64,000 nt of DNA, from positions 352,001 to 416,000 of the forward strand of contig CAXXLZ010000001.1 of the NCBI GenBank assembly GCA_963675595.2, read 5' to 3'. The DNA is from Thermodesulfobacteriota bacterium (lineage in GTDB: Bacteria > Desulfobacterota > Desulfarculia > JACQYL01). The notes under the pieces were generated by a model. That model searched no databases, was not told the DNA's origin, and saw nothing but the letters and a program-made list of their open reading frames with translations. Each line of letters opens with the position of its first letter. Position 1 is the first letter of the stretch. A program made the position numbers and the translations under genes. Below, piece by piece: positions 29,069 through 40,573 of the stretch.

Positions 29069-32063
29069 GCTCGCAAAAGAACTAGGCATGGACAATAAGG
29101 AGTTTCTAGACAAGCTCACCGCTGCGGGCATAGATGTTTCCAGTCACATGAGTGCCATTTCGGACGACCTCGTCGATAAGCTTCGAGATCAATTCGGTGC
29201 GGCCAAGTCGGAAGTCGTGGAAGAGAAACGTGTGGCGGCCAAAGTGATCCGGCGTCGAAAGAAAGCGGTCGAGCCTTCCGAGACCCTCGAACCCTCCGAA
29301 ACTCTTGAATCTGCCGAGACTCCGGAACCGGAGATGGAAATTCCGGAACCCTCCGAGACAATTCGTGTCGGTGCTGAAGAAGAGCCCGTTTCGCGTGAGG
29401 AGGAGCCTGCCGAGCCGGTGCAGGAGGTTGGCGCCGAAAAAGAAGAATCCATCTCCGCTGCGTTGGAAGAGCAACCTGCGGAAGTCTCTTTGGAGGAAGA
29501 ACCGGTAAAGGCATCTCTGGAAGCCGCGGATGCTGTTGGGGAAACGCCGGTTGAGGCGCTGACGGAATCGGAAGTGTCCATCGAAGAAGCTGAGGAAGAG
29601 CTCGGGGTGACCTCGGAGCCCGCTCAAGAAGTCGCGGAACCTCAAGAACCCGCCGCCGAGTCGGAAGCGCTTTCGAAAGCCGAAACGGTCCCTTCTTCTT
29701 CGGACGCCGAGGAGACTCCGGCCCCGACGGACAAGGCCGCACTGGAGGGTGATCATGCCCGCCGAGAAGAGATGCTTTCGGCTACCGTTGAGGAAGAGCC
29801 GAAAGCCGACTCGGAAAAGAAAACCCCCGGTGTCGAAGAACCGGCGGTGAAGCCGGAGCAGTCCGTCGAGCCTCCCGCAAAAGCGGAAAAAGAGGAAGCT
29901 CCCAAGAGCAAACCGAAAAAGGTCAAGAAGAAGAAGAAGGACACACCCGCCAGGATCATTAAGATGCCCGAGCCCGAAGAACAAGCGGCGGCTGAGGAGG
30001 AAGCGCTCAGCCAGGAGGAAGCTCCACGGGCGGTTGCGGAAAAGACCGCGGGTCCCAAACTGCGGGTGGTGGAAACCCCGGGTGCCGAGCCGGAAGAGTC
30101 CGCGGAAGGCCGAGGCGGTAAGAAGAAGAAAGGCAAAAAGTGGGTGAAGGCCGACGGACCTGAAGAGGGACCGGCCAAGAAGCTCTTCAAACGGAAAGAA
30201 GTGATGGAGCGCGACGAGCTCTATAGCGGAATGGCTCCGGGTGGGCGCGGAAAAAGACAGAAGGCTGCGGTCAAGAAAAACAAGAAGACGGAAATCACCA
30301 CACCGAGGGCAATCAAACGGCGGATTCGAATGCAGGATGGAATTTTAGTAGGCGAACTGGCGAAGAAGATGGGGGTCAAGGCCACGGAAGTGATTCGCAA
30401 GCTTCTTGCCATGGGAGTCATGGCCAATATGAACCAGGCGGTCGATTTCGATACGGCGGCCCTTTTGGCCTCGGAATTCGGTTATGAGGTCGAACGCCAG
30501 GAATCGATCGAGGATCGCCTCGAAGTGAAGGACGCTACTGCCGAAGAAAACCTGTTGCCGCGTTCCCCGGTGGTCACCGTAATGGGACACGTTGACCATG
30601 GAAAAACCTCGCTGTTGGACTACATCCGCAAAACCAGCGTGACGGAAGGCGAGGCCGGCGGAATTACGCAACATATCGGGGCCTACAAGGTAACCGTACA
30701 AAGCGGAGACATCGTGTTCCTGGATACGCCGGGACATGAAGCCTTCACGAGTATGCGGGCGAGAGGCGCCAAGGTTACCGATGTGGTTGTGCTGGTCGTG
30801 GCCGCGGACGACGGGGTTAAACAGCAAACCAAAGAAGCCATCGATCATGCTCGCGCGGGGAACGTTCCCATTGTCGTGGCAGTGAACAAGATGGACAAGG
30901 TCAATGCGGACCTTGAACGTGTCAAACGCGAAATGGCCGAGCACGGAATCATGCCGGAAGAGTGGGGCGGCGAAAACATCTTCGTGCCCGTTTCGGCGAA
31001 GACGGGTGAAGGCGTCCATGAGCTGCTCGAGTCGGTGGCCCTTCAGGCGGAAGTTTTGGAACTCAAAGCGGACCCGGATCGCAGGGCGCGTGGGGCCATT
31101 ATCGAATCCAGGCTCGACAAGGGCCGTGGTCCGGTCGCAACGGTTCTGGTTCAAACCGGGACTCTCAAAGTTGGTGACACTTTTGTCTGTGGAGTGGAAG
31201 CGGGTCGGGTTCGCGCCATGTTCGACGATCAAGGGAGAAGCATCGATTCAGCCGGGCCTTCCACGCCCGTCGAAGTCCAGGGAATCGGTGGAGTTCCCAA
31301 TGCGGGCGATGAATTCATCGTGGTGGAAGACGAGAAGACCGCTCGAAACATCAGCGCCTTTCGCCAGGAAGAAAGCAGGCAGGCCCAATTGCCTCAGACC
31401 GGCGCTATGACTTTGGAGAAGCTCTATCAGCAGATTCAGCAAGGGGAAGCCAAAGAACTCAACGTGGTGCTCAAGGCGGACGTGCACGGTTCGGTGGAGG
31501 CCATTTCCGAAGCGCTTCGAGGGCTCAATACGGATGCGGTTTCCGTTCAGATCATCCTGGCGGGCACGGGGGCGGTCACCGAAAGCGATGTCATGTTGGC
31601 GGGGGCCTCCAATGCGATCATTCTGGGCTTCAATGTAAGGCCGACACCTCACGCACGAGAACAGGCGGACCAGGAACAGGTCGAAATCCGATTCTACAAC
31701 ATCATTTACGAGTTGCTGGACGACATCAAGGCCGCCATGCTGGGGCTTCTCGAATCTACCTATGAAGAGCGGGTATCGGGACAGGCTCAGGTTCGTCAGG
31801 TCTTCCATATCACCAAAATGGGGGCGGTCGCCGGCTGCATCGTGTCCAGCGGCAAGATATTGCGCGCTTCGAAGGTGAGGGTTCTGCGCGACAACGTGGT
31901 GGTCTACACCGGGGATATCGGTTCCTTGAGGAGGTACAAGGACGACGTCAAAGAGGTGTCCGAGGGACTTGAGTGTGGAATCAACGTGGCTCACTTCAAC
32001 GACATCAAAGAAGGCGATGTGATCGAGAGTTTTGTCCTCGAAGAGATCAAGCCCGTTCTATGA
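29046..32063 (+). CDS. infB: Translation initiation factor IF-2
   Basis: [11 protein letters not shown]-terminus; [26 protein letters not shown]-domain motifs. Confidence 0.98.
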   Translation: MPKIRVYELAKELGMDNKEFLDKLTAAGIDVSSHMSAISDDLVDKLRDQFGAAKSEVVEEKRVAAKVIRRRKKAVEPSETLEPSETLESAETPEPEMEIPEPSETIRVGAEEEPVSREEEPAEPVQEVGAEKEESISAALEEQPAEVSLEEEPVKASLEAADAVGETPVEALTESEVSIEEAEEELGVTSEPAQEVAEPQEPAAESEALSKAETVPSSSDAEETPAPTDKAALEGDHARREEMLSATVEEEPKADSEKKTPGVEEPAVKPEQSVEPPAKAEKEEAPKSKPKKVKKKKKDTPARIIKMPEPEEQAAAEEEALSQEEAPRAVAEKTAGPKLRVVETPGAEPEESAEGRGGKKKKGKKWVKADGPEEGPAKKLFKRKEVMERDELYSGMAPGGRGKRQKAAVKKNKKTEITTPRAIKRRIRMQDGILVGELAKKMGVKATEVIRKLLAMGVMANMNQAVDFDTAALLASEFGYEVERQESIEDRLEVKDATAEENLLPRSPVVTVMGHVDHGKTSLLDYIRKTSVTEGEAGGITQHIGAYKVTVQSGDIVFLDTPGHEAFTSMRARGAKVTDVVVLVVAADDGVKQQTKEAIDHARAGNVPIVVAVNKMDKVNADLERVKREMAEHGIMPEEWGGENIFVPVSAKTGEGVHELLESVALQAEVLELKADPDRRARGAIIESRLDKGRGPVATVLVQTGTLKVGDTFVCGVEAGRVRAMFDDQGRSIDSAGPSTPVEVQGIGGVPNAGDEFIVVEDEKTARNISAFRQEESRQAQLPQTGAMTLEKLYQQIQQGEAKELNVVLKADVHGSVEAISEALRGLNTDAVSVQIILAGTGAVTESDVMLAGASNAIILGFNVRPTPHAREQADQEQVEIRFYNIIYELLDDIKAAMLGLLESTYEERVSGQAQVRQVFHITKMGAVAGCIVSSGKILRASKVRVLRDNVVVYTGDIGSLRRYKDDVKEVSEGLECGINVAHFNDIKEGDVIESFVLEEIKPVL

Positions 32064-32087
32064 TGGAGAGTCCGAACAGGTCGATGA

Positions 32088-32375
32088 ATGGTTGTGGGAG
32101 TCTGCCGCTTCGAGTTGATGATTCCGGAGAACCACTCTCTGAAAGGGAAGAGGAAGGTCATTCGTAGCCTTATCCAGAGAGTTCGGAACAAGTTCAACGT
32201 TTCCATCGCTGAGTTGGAGAGCCAGGACGCTTGGCAAAAAGCCGTGCTGGGATTCAGCATCGTGGGAAACGACCAGAGCTTTGTCAATTCGTGCGTTGAT
32301 AAGGTCCTGGATTATATTGAATATATGCACCCCGGAGAAATGGCCGATTCCGAAATCGAGATGATTCATTTATGA
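32088..32375 (+). CDS. DUF503 (YlxP-like) protein
   Basis: HSLKGKRKVI...KFNVSIAE; conserved position between infB and rbfA. Confidence 0.9.
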   Translation: MVVGVCRFELMIPENHSLKGKRKVIRSLIQRVRNKFNVSIAELESQDAWQKAVLGFSIVGNDQSFVNSCVDKVLDYIEYMHPGEMADSEIEMIHL

Positions 32376-32731
32376 GCTTGAGATACAAACGTTCGGACCG
32401 AGTAGCCGACCTGATTCATCGGGAAATCTCGGATCTTTTTATGAGAAAGATCAAAGATCCGCGTTTGACCGATGTAACGATTACCGGGGTCGAGTTGACG
32501 GACGACCTTCGTATCGCAACGGTGTTTTTTACCCGGTTTTCAGGAGTGACCGAGGAAATCGAAAGGGGTTTGAGGAGCGCCGTAGGGATGATTCGGAAAG
32601 AGATCGGTGCTCGTCTGGTGCTGAAATATGTTCCCGAAATTCGCTTTCGACACGATACGTCCTTCGAATACGCGGAACGGATCGAGAGTCTTTTGAGAAA
32701 GGTCCAGGATGAACCCGGCGAAGGCGGTTGA
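32372..32731 (+). CDS. rbfA: 30S ribosome-binding factor A
   Basis: RSDRVA, KDPRL, LKYVPEIRFRHD. Confidence 0.96.
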   Translation: MSLRYKRSDRVADLIHREISDLFMRKIKDPRLTDVTITGVELTDDLRIATVFFTRFSGVTEEIERGLRSAVGMIRKEIGARLVLKYVPEIRFRHDTSFEYAERIESLLRKVQDEPGEGG

Positions 32732-33683
32732 GCTTATCGAGAAGTCCGGGGATGTGTTTGTTGCGGCCCATGTTAATCCCGACGGGGATGCCGTGGGATC
32801 TGTATTGGCAATGGGCCTCGCTCTCAAGAAGATGGGAAAGACTCCTTTCATGTATCTTGAGAGCGCCGTTCCGGATTTCTTGAAGTTTTTGCCGGAGGTG
32901 GAAGGCGTTTCATCTCGGGTCGACGATTTCCATCGGTTCGATCTCGCGATTATTTTGGATTGCGGAGAGCTTTCTCGAATCGGTGCGGCGGCGGAGGGTG
33001 CTTCGACGATCGCCAATCTGATCAACGTGGACCATCACCAATTCAACCGGATGTTCGGGTCCGTGAATTTGGTGGATACCGCGAAATGCGCCACTTCGGC
33101 CATCCTCATGCATCTGATCAAGGCCTTGAGTGTACCCCTGGACCATGACATCGCCGAGTGTTTGTACACGGGGATTGTTACGGACACCGGGGGCTTCCGA
33201 TACGGTAACACGGACATGGAGGCCTTCGCGCTGGCGTCGGAGTTGATCGAGTACGGGGTGGCGCCGGATCGGGTGGCTCGGGAGCTCTATCTGTCCATGC
33301 CGTTACGACGTCTACATCTGCTGAGAAACGCGCTTGCATCCGTGGAATTTCTCAATGACGGCGAAATCGGGACCATGGCCCTGACTATAGAAGATTTCCG
33401 CCAATGCGGTGCGGTGGTCTCGGATTCGGAAGGTTTCATTGACTACGTACGTTCCGTTCCCGGAGTTCGGGTGGCCGCTTTGATGAAGGAGAGCCCCGAG
33501 TCTACGGTGACCAGCGTGAGCTTGAGATCATGGGGGGAAGTGGACGTGTCAGCGGTGGCACGCGATTTCGGAGGGGGCGGGCATACCAGCGCCTCCGGCT
33601 TCCGTCTGGAAGGCACCATAATTGAGAACCGGGAACGGGTGCTGTCGGTATTGGGCGAGAGCCTGAACCGCGTCCGGGGATAG
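32709..33683 (+). CDS. nrnA: DHH/DHHA1 oligoribonuclease-pAp phosphatase
   Basis: HVNPDGDAVGS, DHH, TDTGGF, SLRS, GGGGH. Confidence 0.92.
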   Translation: MNPAKAVELIEKSGDVFVAAHVNPDGDAVGSVLAMGLALKKMGKTPFMYLESAVPDFLKFLPEVEGVSSRVDDFHRFDLAIILDCGELSRIGAAAEGASTIANLINVDHHQFNRMFGSVNLVDTAKCATSAILMHLIKALSVPLDHDIAECLYTGIVTDTGGFRYGNTDMEAFALASELIEYGVAPDRVARELYLSMPLRRLHLLRNALASVEFLNDGEIGTMALTIEDFRQCGAVVSDSEGFIDYVRSVPGVRVAALMKESPESTVTSVSLRSWGEVDVSAVARDFGGGGHTSASGFRLEGTIIENRERVLSVLGESLNRVRG

Positions 33684-33684
33684 G

Positions 33685-34638
33685 ATGACGGAAACCGGTT
33701 TTCCGGACGGTGACTTGGACGCCGTCGTAGTCATAGACAAGCCTGAAGGCAAGACTTCGCATCAGGTGGTCGGCATCGTCAAACGGATGCTGGGAGTTGC
33801 GAAGGCGGGGCACACGGGTACCCTTGATCCTTTCGCCACGGGGGTTCTGCCCGTTTGTTTGAATCAGGCGACCAAAACATCGCGTTTTTTTCTGGAAAGT
33901 GATAAGGCTTACGAGGCCGTAATGGTCCTGGGCGTGGAAACCGACACCCTGGACGTTACGGGGGAAATCGTATCGACCGGTCAAACGATCGGTGTCGATC
34001 GGGACAAAATAGAGACGGCGGGAAAAAGATTTTTAGGAACGATCGAGCAAAAGCCTCCCGCATATTCAGCCGTGAAGGTGAAGGGAGAACGGCTTTACCG
34101 GTTGGCGCGCAAGGGCATTTGCGTGGATGTCCCCACGCGTCGGATCGAGATACGCGACATCCGGGTGCTGGATGTTTCGCTGCCCAAGGTGCGGTTCCGG
34201 GTTGATTGTTCCGCCGGAACCTATGTCCGTGTTCTCGCCTCCGACTGGGGGCGCGCATTGGGATGCGGAGCACATCTGGCCGAGCTGAGAAGGCTCCGGT
34301 GCGGCAGGTTCGTCGTCGAACAAGCATTAGGACTGGAAGAACTGGAGCAATCCGTCAGGGCCCGGGATTTGCATCGCTGTCTGGTCCCGATGGTTGAAGC
34401 TTTGAATCACCTTCCGAGCATTCGTGTTGAACCGTCGGTAGCCCGGAAGATACGGCACGGATGGCATCCGGAAGTCCGTCAACTCGGATTGGACTCCGGC
34501 GTGACCTGCCGCCCCGGAGAAGATGTTTTCCGGGTGGTGTCCGAGGGAAACGACTTGGTGGCCGTCATGGCCCCGGTGCGTGAAGATGGAAACGGCCGGG
34601 TGGAGCGTCTCCGCCCGCTGCGAGTTTTTAACGTGTAA
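33685..34638 (+). CDS. truB: tRNA pseudouridine(55) synthase
   Basis: DKPEG, GHTGTLDPFATGVL, YSAVK, CSAGTYVR. Confidence 0.97.
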   Translation: MTETGFPDGDLDAVVVIDKPEGKTSHQVVGIVKRMLGVAKAGHTGTLDPFATGVLPVCLNQATKTSRFFLESDKAYEAVMVLGVETDTLDVTGEIVSTGQTIGVDRDKIETAGKRFLGTIEQKPPAYSAVKVKGERLYRLARKGICVDVPTRRIEIRDIRVLDVSLPKVRFRVDCSAGTYVRVLASDWGRALGCGAHLAELRRLRCGRFVVEQALGLEELEQSVRARDLHRCLVPMVEALNHLPSIRVEPSVARKIRHGWHPEVRQLGLDSGVTCRPGEDVFRVVSEGNDLVAVMAPVREDGNGRVERLRPLRVFNV

Positions 34639-34660
34639 GAAGACGAGGAGGTAGAACAAG

Positions 34661-34930
34661 GTGGCTCATTCCGCTGATACCAAAAGGCAGGTCATAGACA
34701 AATTTAAATTACATGAACACGACACGGGCTCTCCCGAAGTCCAGATCGCTCTTTTGAGCGAGCGTATCGTTCACCTGAACGAGCATTTCAAGAAACACAA
34801 GAAGGATCATCATTCCAGACGTGGACTCTTGAAGCTCGTCGGGCAGAGAAGGAAGCTCCTCAACTACATTAAGCGGAAGAACGTAGAGAGATACCGTGAT
34901 CTTATCCAGGAACTGGGAATCCGTAAGTAA
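34661..34930 (+). CDS. rpsO: 30S ribosomal protein S15
   Basis: [33 protein letters not shown]. Confidence 0.98.
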   Translation: MAHSADTKRQVIDKFKLHEHDTGSPEVQIALLSERIVHLNEHFKKHKKDHHSRRGLLKLVGQRRKLLNYIKRKNVERYRDLIQELGIRK

Positions 34931-34958
34931 GCCTGGAGTTAGAATGTGAGGAAAAAAG

Positions 34959-37067
34959 ATGCCCGAATGTGTTGAAGTTGATCTGGGATCCGGAAGGACC
35001 GTAACGATCGAAACAGGCAGAGTCGCCAAACAGGCGAGCGGCGCCGCAATCGTGAAGCTGGGGGATACCATTGTCCTGGTGACTGCGGTATCGGCTAAAG
35101 AGACCCGGGAAGGAATCGACTTCCTGCCCCTGACGGTGGATTACCAGGAGATGTCGTATGCTTCCGGCCGAATTCCAGGTAACTTCTTTCGCCGAGAAAT
35201 GGGGCGTCCGAGTGAAAAAGAGACGTTGACTTCTCGGCTGATCGACCGGCCGATTCGCCCCTTGTTTCCGAAAAAAGGCTATAGCAACGAGACTCAGATC
35301 ATCGCCACCGTCCTGAGCGTGGACCAGGTGAACGAGCCGGACGTGCTGGCTCTCGTGGGTGCTTCCACGGCCCTTTATCTTTCGGAAGCCCCTTTTATGA
35401 AGCCCATTGCCGGAGTCCGAGTGGGAAGATTTGAAGGACGGTTCGTTGCCAATCCGACGAGCCTCGAACTCGAATCCAGTGACATTGATATCGTGGTCGC
35501 CGGTACCCGCGATGCGGTCGTCATGGTGGAAGGCGGATGTTCTTTTGTGTCGGAAGCGGAACTTGTGGAAGCTATCGATTTCGGACACAAAGCAATGCAG
35601 CCGCTCATCGACGGACAAGAAGAGCTGCGAAGACTGGCGGGCAAGCCCAAGATGGAGATCAAGGTCCCTGACAAGGATCCGGAACTCATCCAAGCCGTAT
35701 CCGATTTCTGCATGGCGGACCTCAAAGAGGCCATTACCACGGTCCGGAAGATCGAACGACAAGACAAAGTCGCCGAGGCGAAGCAGAAGTTGCTGGAGGG
35801 GCTTGCCGAAAAGTACCCGGATCGGGGGAAGGAGATCGTGGAGGCCTTCGACGATCTGAAGAAGAAGTCCATGCGGGGCATGATCCTCGAGGAAAAGCGT
35901 AGAATCGACGGCCGTGCTTTCGACGAGGTCAGACCTATTACTTGTGAGGTCGGGGTGCTTCCCAGGACTCACGGCTCTGCCCTGTTTACGAGGGGGGAAA
36001 CCCAGGCTCTGGGTATTGCCACCCTCGGGACTACGTCCGACGAACAGAGAATCGAGTCGTTGGCCGGTGATTCGTTCAAGTCGTTCATACTGCACTACAA
36101 CTTCCCACCTTTCTGTGTCGGGGAGGCGAAGCAGTTGAGGGGACCGGGGCGTAGGGAAATCGGGCATGGCGCCCTTGCCGAAAGGTCTTTGTCCAAAGTG
36201 TTGCCGCCTGCGGATGGTTTTCCCTACACGATCCGAGTGGTTTCGGAGATTTTGGAATCCAACGGGTCTTCATCCATGGCTACGGTTTGCGCCGGTTCGC
36301 TGGCCCTGATGGACGCGGGTGTTCCCACGTCGGCCGCGGTGGGCGGTATTGCCATGGGGCTCGTGAAAGAGGGAGATCAGTTCGCTGTATTGAGTGACAT
36401 TATCGGCGATGAGGATCACCTGGGCGACATGGACTTTAAGGTAACCGGCACGCGAGAGGGCGTTGCGGCCATTCAGATGGACATCAAGATCTCGGGCCTC
36501 AGCAAAGAAATATTGACTCAGGCTTTGAATCAGGCCAAAGAAGGCCGCTTGTTCATACTCGATAAGATGGACGCGGTCATACCGGAGCCGCGAACCCGAG
36601 TTTCCGAATTCGCTCCCTGCATCGCCACTTTTCAGGTAAAACCTGAAAAAGTCAGAGAGGTCATCGGACCAGGCGGAAAGGTGATCAAGGGGATTACGGC
36701 GGAAGCGGGAGTGCTTCGCGTCGACATCGACGATGAGGGCATGGTGAAAATCGCCTCGCGAGACCAGGCATCCGCGGACAAAGCTATTGAACTGATCAAG
36801 GAAGTGGTCCGGGAAGCCCAGATCGGCGAATTCTACATAGGGACGGTCAAACGCATCACGGACTTCGGCGCGTTTGTGGAGTTGTTCCCGGGTGTGGAGG
36901 GACTGGTGCACATCAGCCAACTCGACGAGCAGAGAGTTCGGGAAGTGCGCGACGTGCTCAAGGAAGGTGACAAAACGCCGGTGAAGGTGATCAACATCGA
37001 TCCTCAAGGCAAGATTCGCCTGAGCCGAAAAGATGCATTGGCGGAGGAGAAGAGCAAGAGCTCATGA
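34959..37067 (+). CDS. pnp: Polyribonucleotide nucleotidyltransferase
   Basis: [29 protein letters not shown]; KH and S1 domains. Confidence 0.98.
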   Translation: MPECVEVDLGSGRTVTIETGRVAKQASGAAIVKLGDTIVLVTAVSAKETREGIDFLPLTVDYQEMSYASGRIPGNFFRREMGRPSEKETLTSRLIDRPIRPLFPKKGYSNETQIIATVLSVDQVNEPDVLALVGASTALYLSEAPFMKPIAGVRVGRFEGRFVANPTSLELESSDIDIVVAGTRDAVVMVEGGCSFVSEAELVEAIDFGHKAMQPLIDGQEELRRLAGKPKMEIKVPDKDPELIQAVSDFCMADLKEAITTVRKIERQDKVAEAKQKLLEGLAEKYPDRGKEIVEAFDDLKKKSMRGMILEEKRRIDGRAFDEVRPITCEVGVLPRTHGSALFTRGETQALGIATLGTTSDEQRIESLAGDSFKSFILHYNFPPFCVGEAKQLRGPGRREIGHGALAERSLSKVLPPADGFPYTIRVVSEILESNGSSSMATVCAGSLALMDAGVPTSAAVGGIAMGLVKEGDQFAVLSDIIGDEDHLGDMDFKVTGTREGVAAIQMDIKISGLSKEILTQALNQAKEGRLFILDKMDAVIPEPRTRVSEFAPCIATFQVKPEKVREVIGPGGKVIKGITAEAGVLRVDIDDEGMVKIASRDQASADKAIELIKEVVREAQIGEFYIGTVKRITDFGAFVELFPGVEGLVHISQLDEQRVREVRDVLKEGDKTPVKVINIDPQGKIRLSRKDALAEEKSKSS

Positions 37068-38323
37068 AGGAGGGCACGTGCCGTAAGACAATACTCGAAA
37101 ACGGCGTACGAGTGATCACCGAGGAAGTGTCCAATGTCAGGTCCGCCTCGGTGGGCTTTTGGGTGGAAGCCGGCTCCAGGGATGAGGAAGCGTCGGAACA
37201 AGGCATCTCACATCTGCTGGAGCACATGCTTTTTAAGGGCACGGAGCGGCGCACCGCACAAGACATCGCCCGGGATTTCGATTCCATAGGGGGTATCTCC
37301 AACGCCTTTACCGCCAAGGAGCACACTTGCTTCCACGCTAGGGTTCTGAACACCGATCTGAAGACGGCAAACGACCTTCTGCTCGATATGTTCCTGCATT
37401 CGAGATTCGATCCTGAGGACATCGAGTTGGAGAAGTCGGTCGTTCTCCAAGAAATCGGCATGGTGGAAGATACGCCCGACGAATACGTGCATGTGCTTTT
37501 CGGAGAAATGTTCTGGAACGGCAATCCTCTCGGCCGTTCCATTTTAGGGACTCGGGAGACCGTATCGAAAATGGATCGAGCGGAACTCCTGAGTTATGTC
37601 TTAAGGGCCTATATCCCTTCGAACGTTTTTGTCGCGGCCGCCGGGAACTTGAAGCACGAGGAGTTGCTGGACCACGTGGTGGAGGAGCTGTCGACTCTCA
37701 AGGTAGGACCGGGTACCAAGGAAAGCCGTAAGCCTCCCCAGCTTCACAAAGTGAGCGCGCATTTTCCCAAGGAGCTGGAACAGGTTCACATCTGTCTCGG
37801 AATGTCGGGTCCCACGGCGAGAGATGAAACACGTTTCATCGACACGATCCTGAACATCCTTTTGGGAGGGAACATGAGCTCCCGTTTGTTTCAGGAGATT
37901 CGGGAGAAGCGAGGCTTGACGTATTCCATTTACTCCTTTGCGAATACATATGTGGATACGGGGATGCTCGGCGTTTACATGGGCGTGGCTTCCGAATCGG
38001 TTGAGGAGGCTCTCGACCTTACCGCCGCAGAGTTCCGCAGATTTCGGGACGGCGACCTCACCGAGGAAGAACTCAAAGCCTCGAAGCGATACCTCAAAGG
38101 AAGTATTCTGCTGAGCTCGGAGAACATGGACAACCGAATGCTGCGGCTTGCCAAGAATGAGATTAATTTTGGCAGGTACATTGCCTGTGAAGAGGTGGAG
38201 CGGTTGATCGACGCCGTGACCTTGGAAGACGTGATCGAACATTCCAAACTTCGCTTGGACCCGGCCAACGTATCCATCACGACTTTGGGGCCTGTCGCCG
38301 GCAAAGCCGAATTTCCCTCCTGA
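37064..38323 (+). CDS. M16-family zinc peptidase
   Basis: [11 protein letters not shown] (HxxEH); usual position after pnp. Confidence 0.93.
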   Translation: MKEGTCRKTILENGVRVITEEVSNVRSASVGFWVEAGSRDEEASEQGISHLLEHMLFKGTERRTAQDIARDFDSIGGISNAFTAKEHTCFHARVLNTDLKTANDLLLDMFLHSRFDPEDIELEKSVVLQEIGMVEDTPDEYVHVLFGEMFWNGNPLGRSILGTRETVSKMDRAELLSYVLRAYIPSNVFVAAAGNLKHEELLDHVVEELSTLKVGPGTKESRKPPQLHKVSAHFPKELEQVHICLGMSGPTARDETRFIDTILNILLGGNMSSRLFQEIREKRGLTYSIYSFANTYVDTGMLGVYMGVASESVEEALDLTAAEFRRFRDGDLTEEELKASKRYLKGSILLSSENMDNRMLRLAKNEINFGRYIACEEVERLIDAVTLEDVIEHSKLRLDPANVSITTLGPVAGKAEFPS

Positions 38324-38386
38324 ATCCAGGGGCGCTCCGAACTCCGACATCTCGAAGTGGGGGAACCCCGTCCGTAAAGGCCCCGG

Positions 38387-39160
38387 ATGATCCGATTTTG
38401 CGTACTGGCGAGTGGCAGCAGGGGCAACAGCATCTACATCGAATCTCCCGGATCGAGGATCCTGATCGATGCCGGGTTGTCCGGTAAGGAAACCCTATGC
38501 CGGTTGTCCGCCATCGGGGTTCCTCCCGAAAGCCTCGACGCCTTGGTGGTGTCTCACGAGCACACGGACCACGTTCGGGGCGTAGGCGTATTGGCCAGGC
38601 GTTTGGAGGTGCCCGTGTACATCACTCGGCCCACGCTCGACGCCGCGGCCGGCACCCTGAAAAAAATTCCCTCGTTCCAGCTGTTCCGTGACGGGACTTC
38701 TTTGCACATCGGGGACATGAGTCTCCGACCTTTCGCCGCCTCTCACGATGCCGCAGATCCGGTCAACTTCGTCGTCGGCCATGAAGAGAGTCAAGTCGGT
38801 ATCGTCACCGATTTGGGAGTGGTCACGTCTCTCGTTCGCAGCCGCCTCAAGGGCTGTGGAGCCCTGATTCTTGAAACCAACCATGATATGGAAATGTTGC
38901 GTAAGGGACCTTATCCTCCAAGTCTGAAACAGAGGATTCTCAGCCGGGTCGGACACTTGTCCAATGTCCAGGCGGCCCGACTTCTCGAAGAAATTCATCA
39001 CGATGGGATGCAATGCCTTTGTCTGGCTCACTTGAGTGAGGAAAACAACCACCCGGATTTGGCGACCGACGAAGTCGACCGGGTCCTCCGTCGATTTTCC
39101 GTGCGTCCTTCCGTTCACGTGCTCAGCCAGAACGAACCGAGTCCCGTCTTCAGCATATAA
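38387..39160 (+). CDS. MBL-fold metallo-hydrolase (YycJ/WalJ-like)
   Basis: LASGSRGN, SHEHTDH, ETNHD, GHLSN, AHLSEENN. Confidence 0.92.
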   Translation: MIRFCVLASGSRGNSIYIESPGSRILIDAGLSGKETLCRLSAIGVPPESLDALVVSHEHTDHVRGVGVLARRLEVPVYITRPTLDAAAGTLKKIPSFQLFRDGTSLHIGDMSLRPFAASHDAADPVNFVVGHEESQVGIVTDLGVVTSLVRSRLKGCGALILETNHDMEMLRKGPYPPSLKQRILSRVGHLSNVQAARLLEEIHHDGMQCLCLAHLSEENNHPDLATDEVDRVLRRFSVRPSVHVLSQNEPSPVFSI

Positions 39161-39169
39161 CGGTTTGAT

Positions 39170-40546
39170 ATGCCTTTGATTTCACACAAAGAGCTTGGGG
39201 GTGTTCTTAAGGAGCCGGCATCGGAGTTCCCTTATTCCTTGATTGTTCTTTTTGGACAAGAATTCTTGGTAAACCGCTGTGCCGAAACGATCGTTCATTT
39301 TTTGCTGAATGAAGAGCAGAGAGCGCTCAACCTGAAGATCGTCGATGGAGACCGCGAAAACTTACCCGAGACGCTGCACGCATTGAACAGCTTTCCTTTG
39401 TTCTCCGGGAGGAAGGTGTTGTGGGTCAAGGGTTCACGGGTCTTCCTCTCGAAGACCTCGGCCAAAGATCTTTTCCAGTCGGCCAGGGATGCCTTTATGT
39501 CCGGAAGTCCCGGAGATGCCTACAGATTCGTTCAACGGATGTGTGCTGCGGCCGGCATGGAGGACTTGGGTTCGGACGGGAGCGGAATCACGGGTTTGGA
39601 TGAGCGGAGTTGGGAACGTCATTTCGGATTTGCGCGTTCTTCGGCGGATCAGGACCTGCTGGACAAGATTTTCACCGCGGGGCGCGAAATGGGAATCGTA
39701 TGGTCGGTATCCCAGGTGCGGGTGGATGCGCTTCAGGAGGCTCTGGACAGGGGATTCGCCGGAAGCAACGTTTTGATCCTTACGACGGCCGAAGCCGACC
39801 GACGTAAGAAGCTTTTCAAAGCACTCCAAGAAAAAGCTCTTATGGTGGACTGTTCCGTTGATTCCGGAAACTCCAGGAAGGCGAAAGAGCAGCGTCGCGC
39901 CCTTTCGGCGGGACAGCTCGAAGAACATCTGCGACAAGCGGACAAGGAAGCGACACCCCGCGCCCGTGGAAGGCTCCTGGATCTATCGGGTTCCGACCTC
40001 AGGCAGTTGGGAATGGAATTGGAGAAAGTCATCGCCTTCGTGGGCGACCGGAAGGAAATCACTCTGCAAGACGTGGAAGAAGTGGTTTTCATGGACCGTG
40101 AAGAGGCGGTGTACCAGATCATGGATACCATGGCCGGCAGAGACCTGGCGTCGGCATGTCGGGTGCTCGACAAACTGTGGGACCAGGGATTCTTTCCGTT
40201 GGCCGTGTTGAAAGTGATTGGAGACGAGTTGAGAAGGCTTCTCTGGGCTTCCTCTCGTTTCGGCAAAACACGCATGTCCTACGAGCAGTTTCAGCGGGAG
40301 AGTTATCCGCAACTGGACGAAACGGATCGGGAAGTGGTGGGGGGAATGGCTCCCTACGGCGTATACAAGCTGCTGGAATATGCGGGCCACTTCACTCGAG
40401 AGGGGTTGGTGAAGGCGCTTTCACGGACTCTGGAAGCCGATATCCGGCTTAAGACGGGAGCCGGTGATCCTAAGGGTGTGCTGGTCGATTTATTGGCCGA
40501 TGTCTGTCTCGATTCGAATACCGACAAGCAACTTACGATCCGATGA
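39170..40546 (+). CDS. holA: DNA polymerase III delta subunit (long form)
   Basis: G.EFLV, PLFSGRKV, ELEKV..FVG, EADIRLKTG motifs. Confidence 0.8.
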   Translation: MPLISHKELGGVLKEPASEFPYSLIVLFGQEFLVNRCAETIVHFLLNEEQRALNLKIVDGDRENLPETLHALNSFPLFSGRKVLWVKGSRVFLSKTSAKDLFQSARDAFMSGSPGDAYRFVQRMCAAAGMEDLGSDGSGITGLDERSWERHFGFARSSADQDLLDKIFTAGREMGIVWSVSQVRVDALQEALDRGFAGSNVLILTTAEADRRKKLFKALQEKALMVDCSVDSGNSRKAKEQRRALSAGQLEEHLRQADKEATPRARGRLLDLSGSDLRQLGMELEKVIAFVGDRKEITLQDVEEVVFMDREEAVYQIMDTMAGRDLASACRVLDKLWDQGFFPLAVLKVIGDELRRLLWASSRFGKTRMSYEQFQRESYPQLDETDREVVGGMAPYGVYKLLEYAGHFTREGLVKALSRTLEADIRLKTGAGDPKGVLVDLLADVCLDSNTDKQLTIR

Positions 40547-40573
40547 TCGTTTTTCGATTGGAGGAAACCTGGA

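Noticed and set aside
29260-30100. Glu/Pro/Ala-rich stretch with EPSETL repeats in infB
   Set aside because: Variable low-complexity IF-2 N-terminal linkers are ordinary
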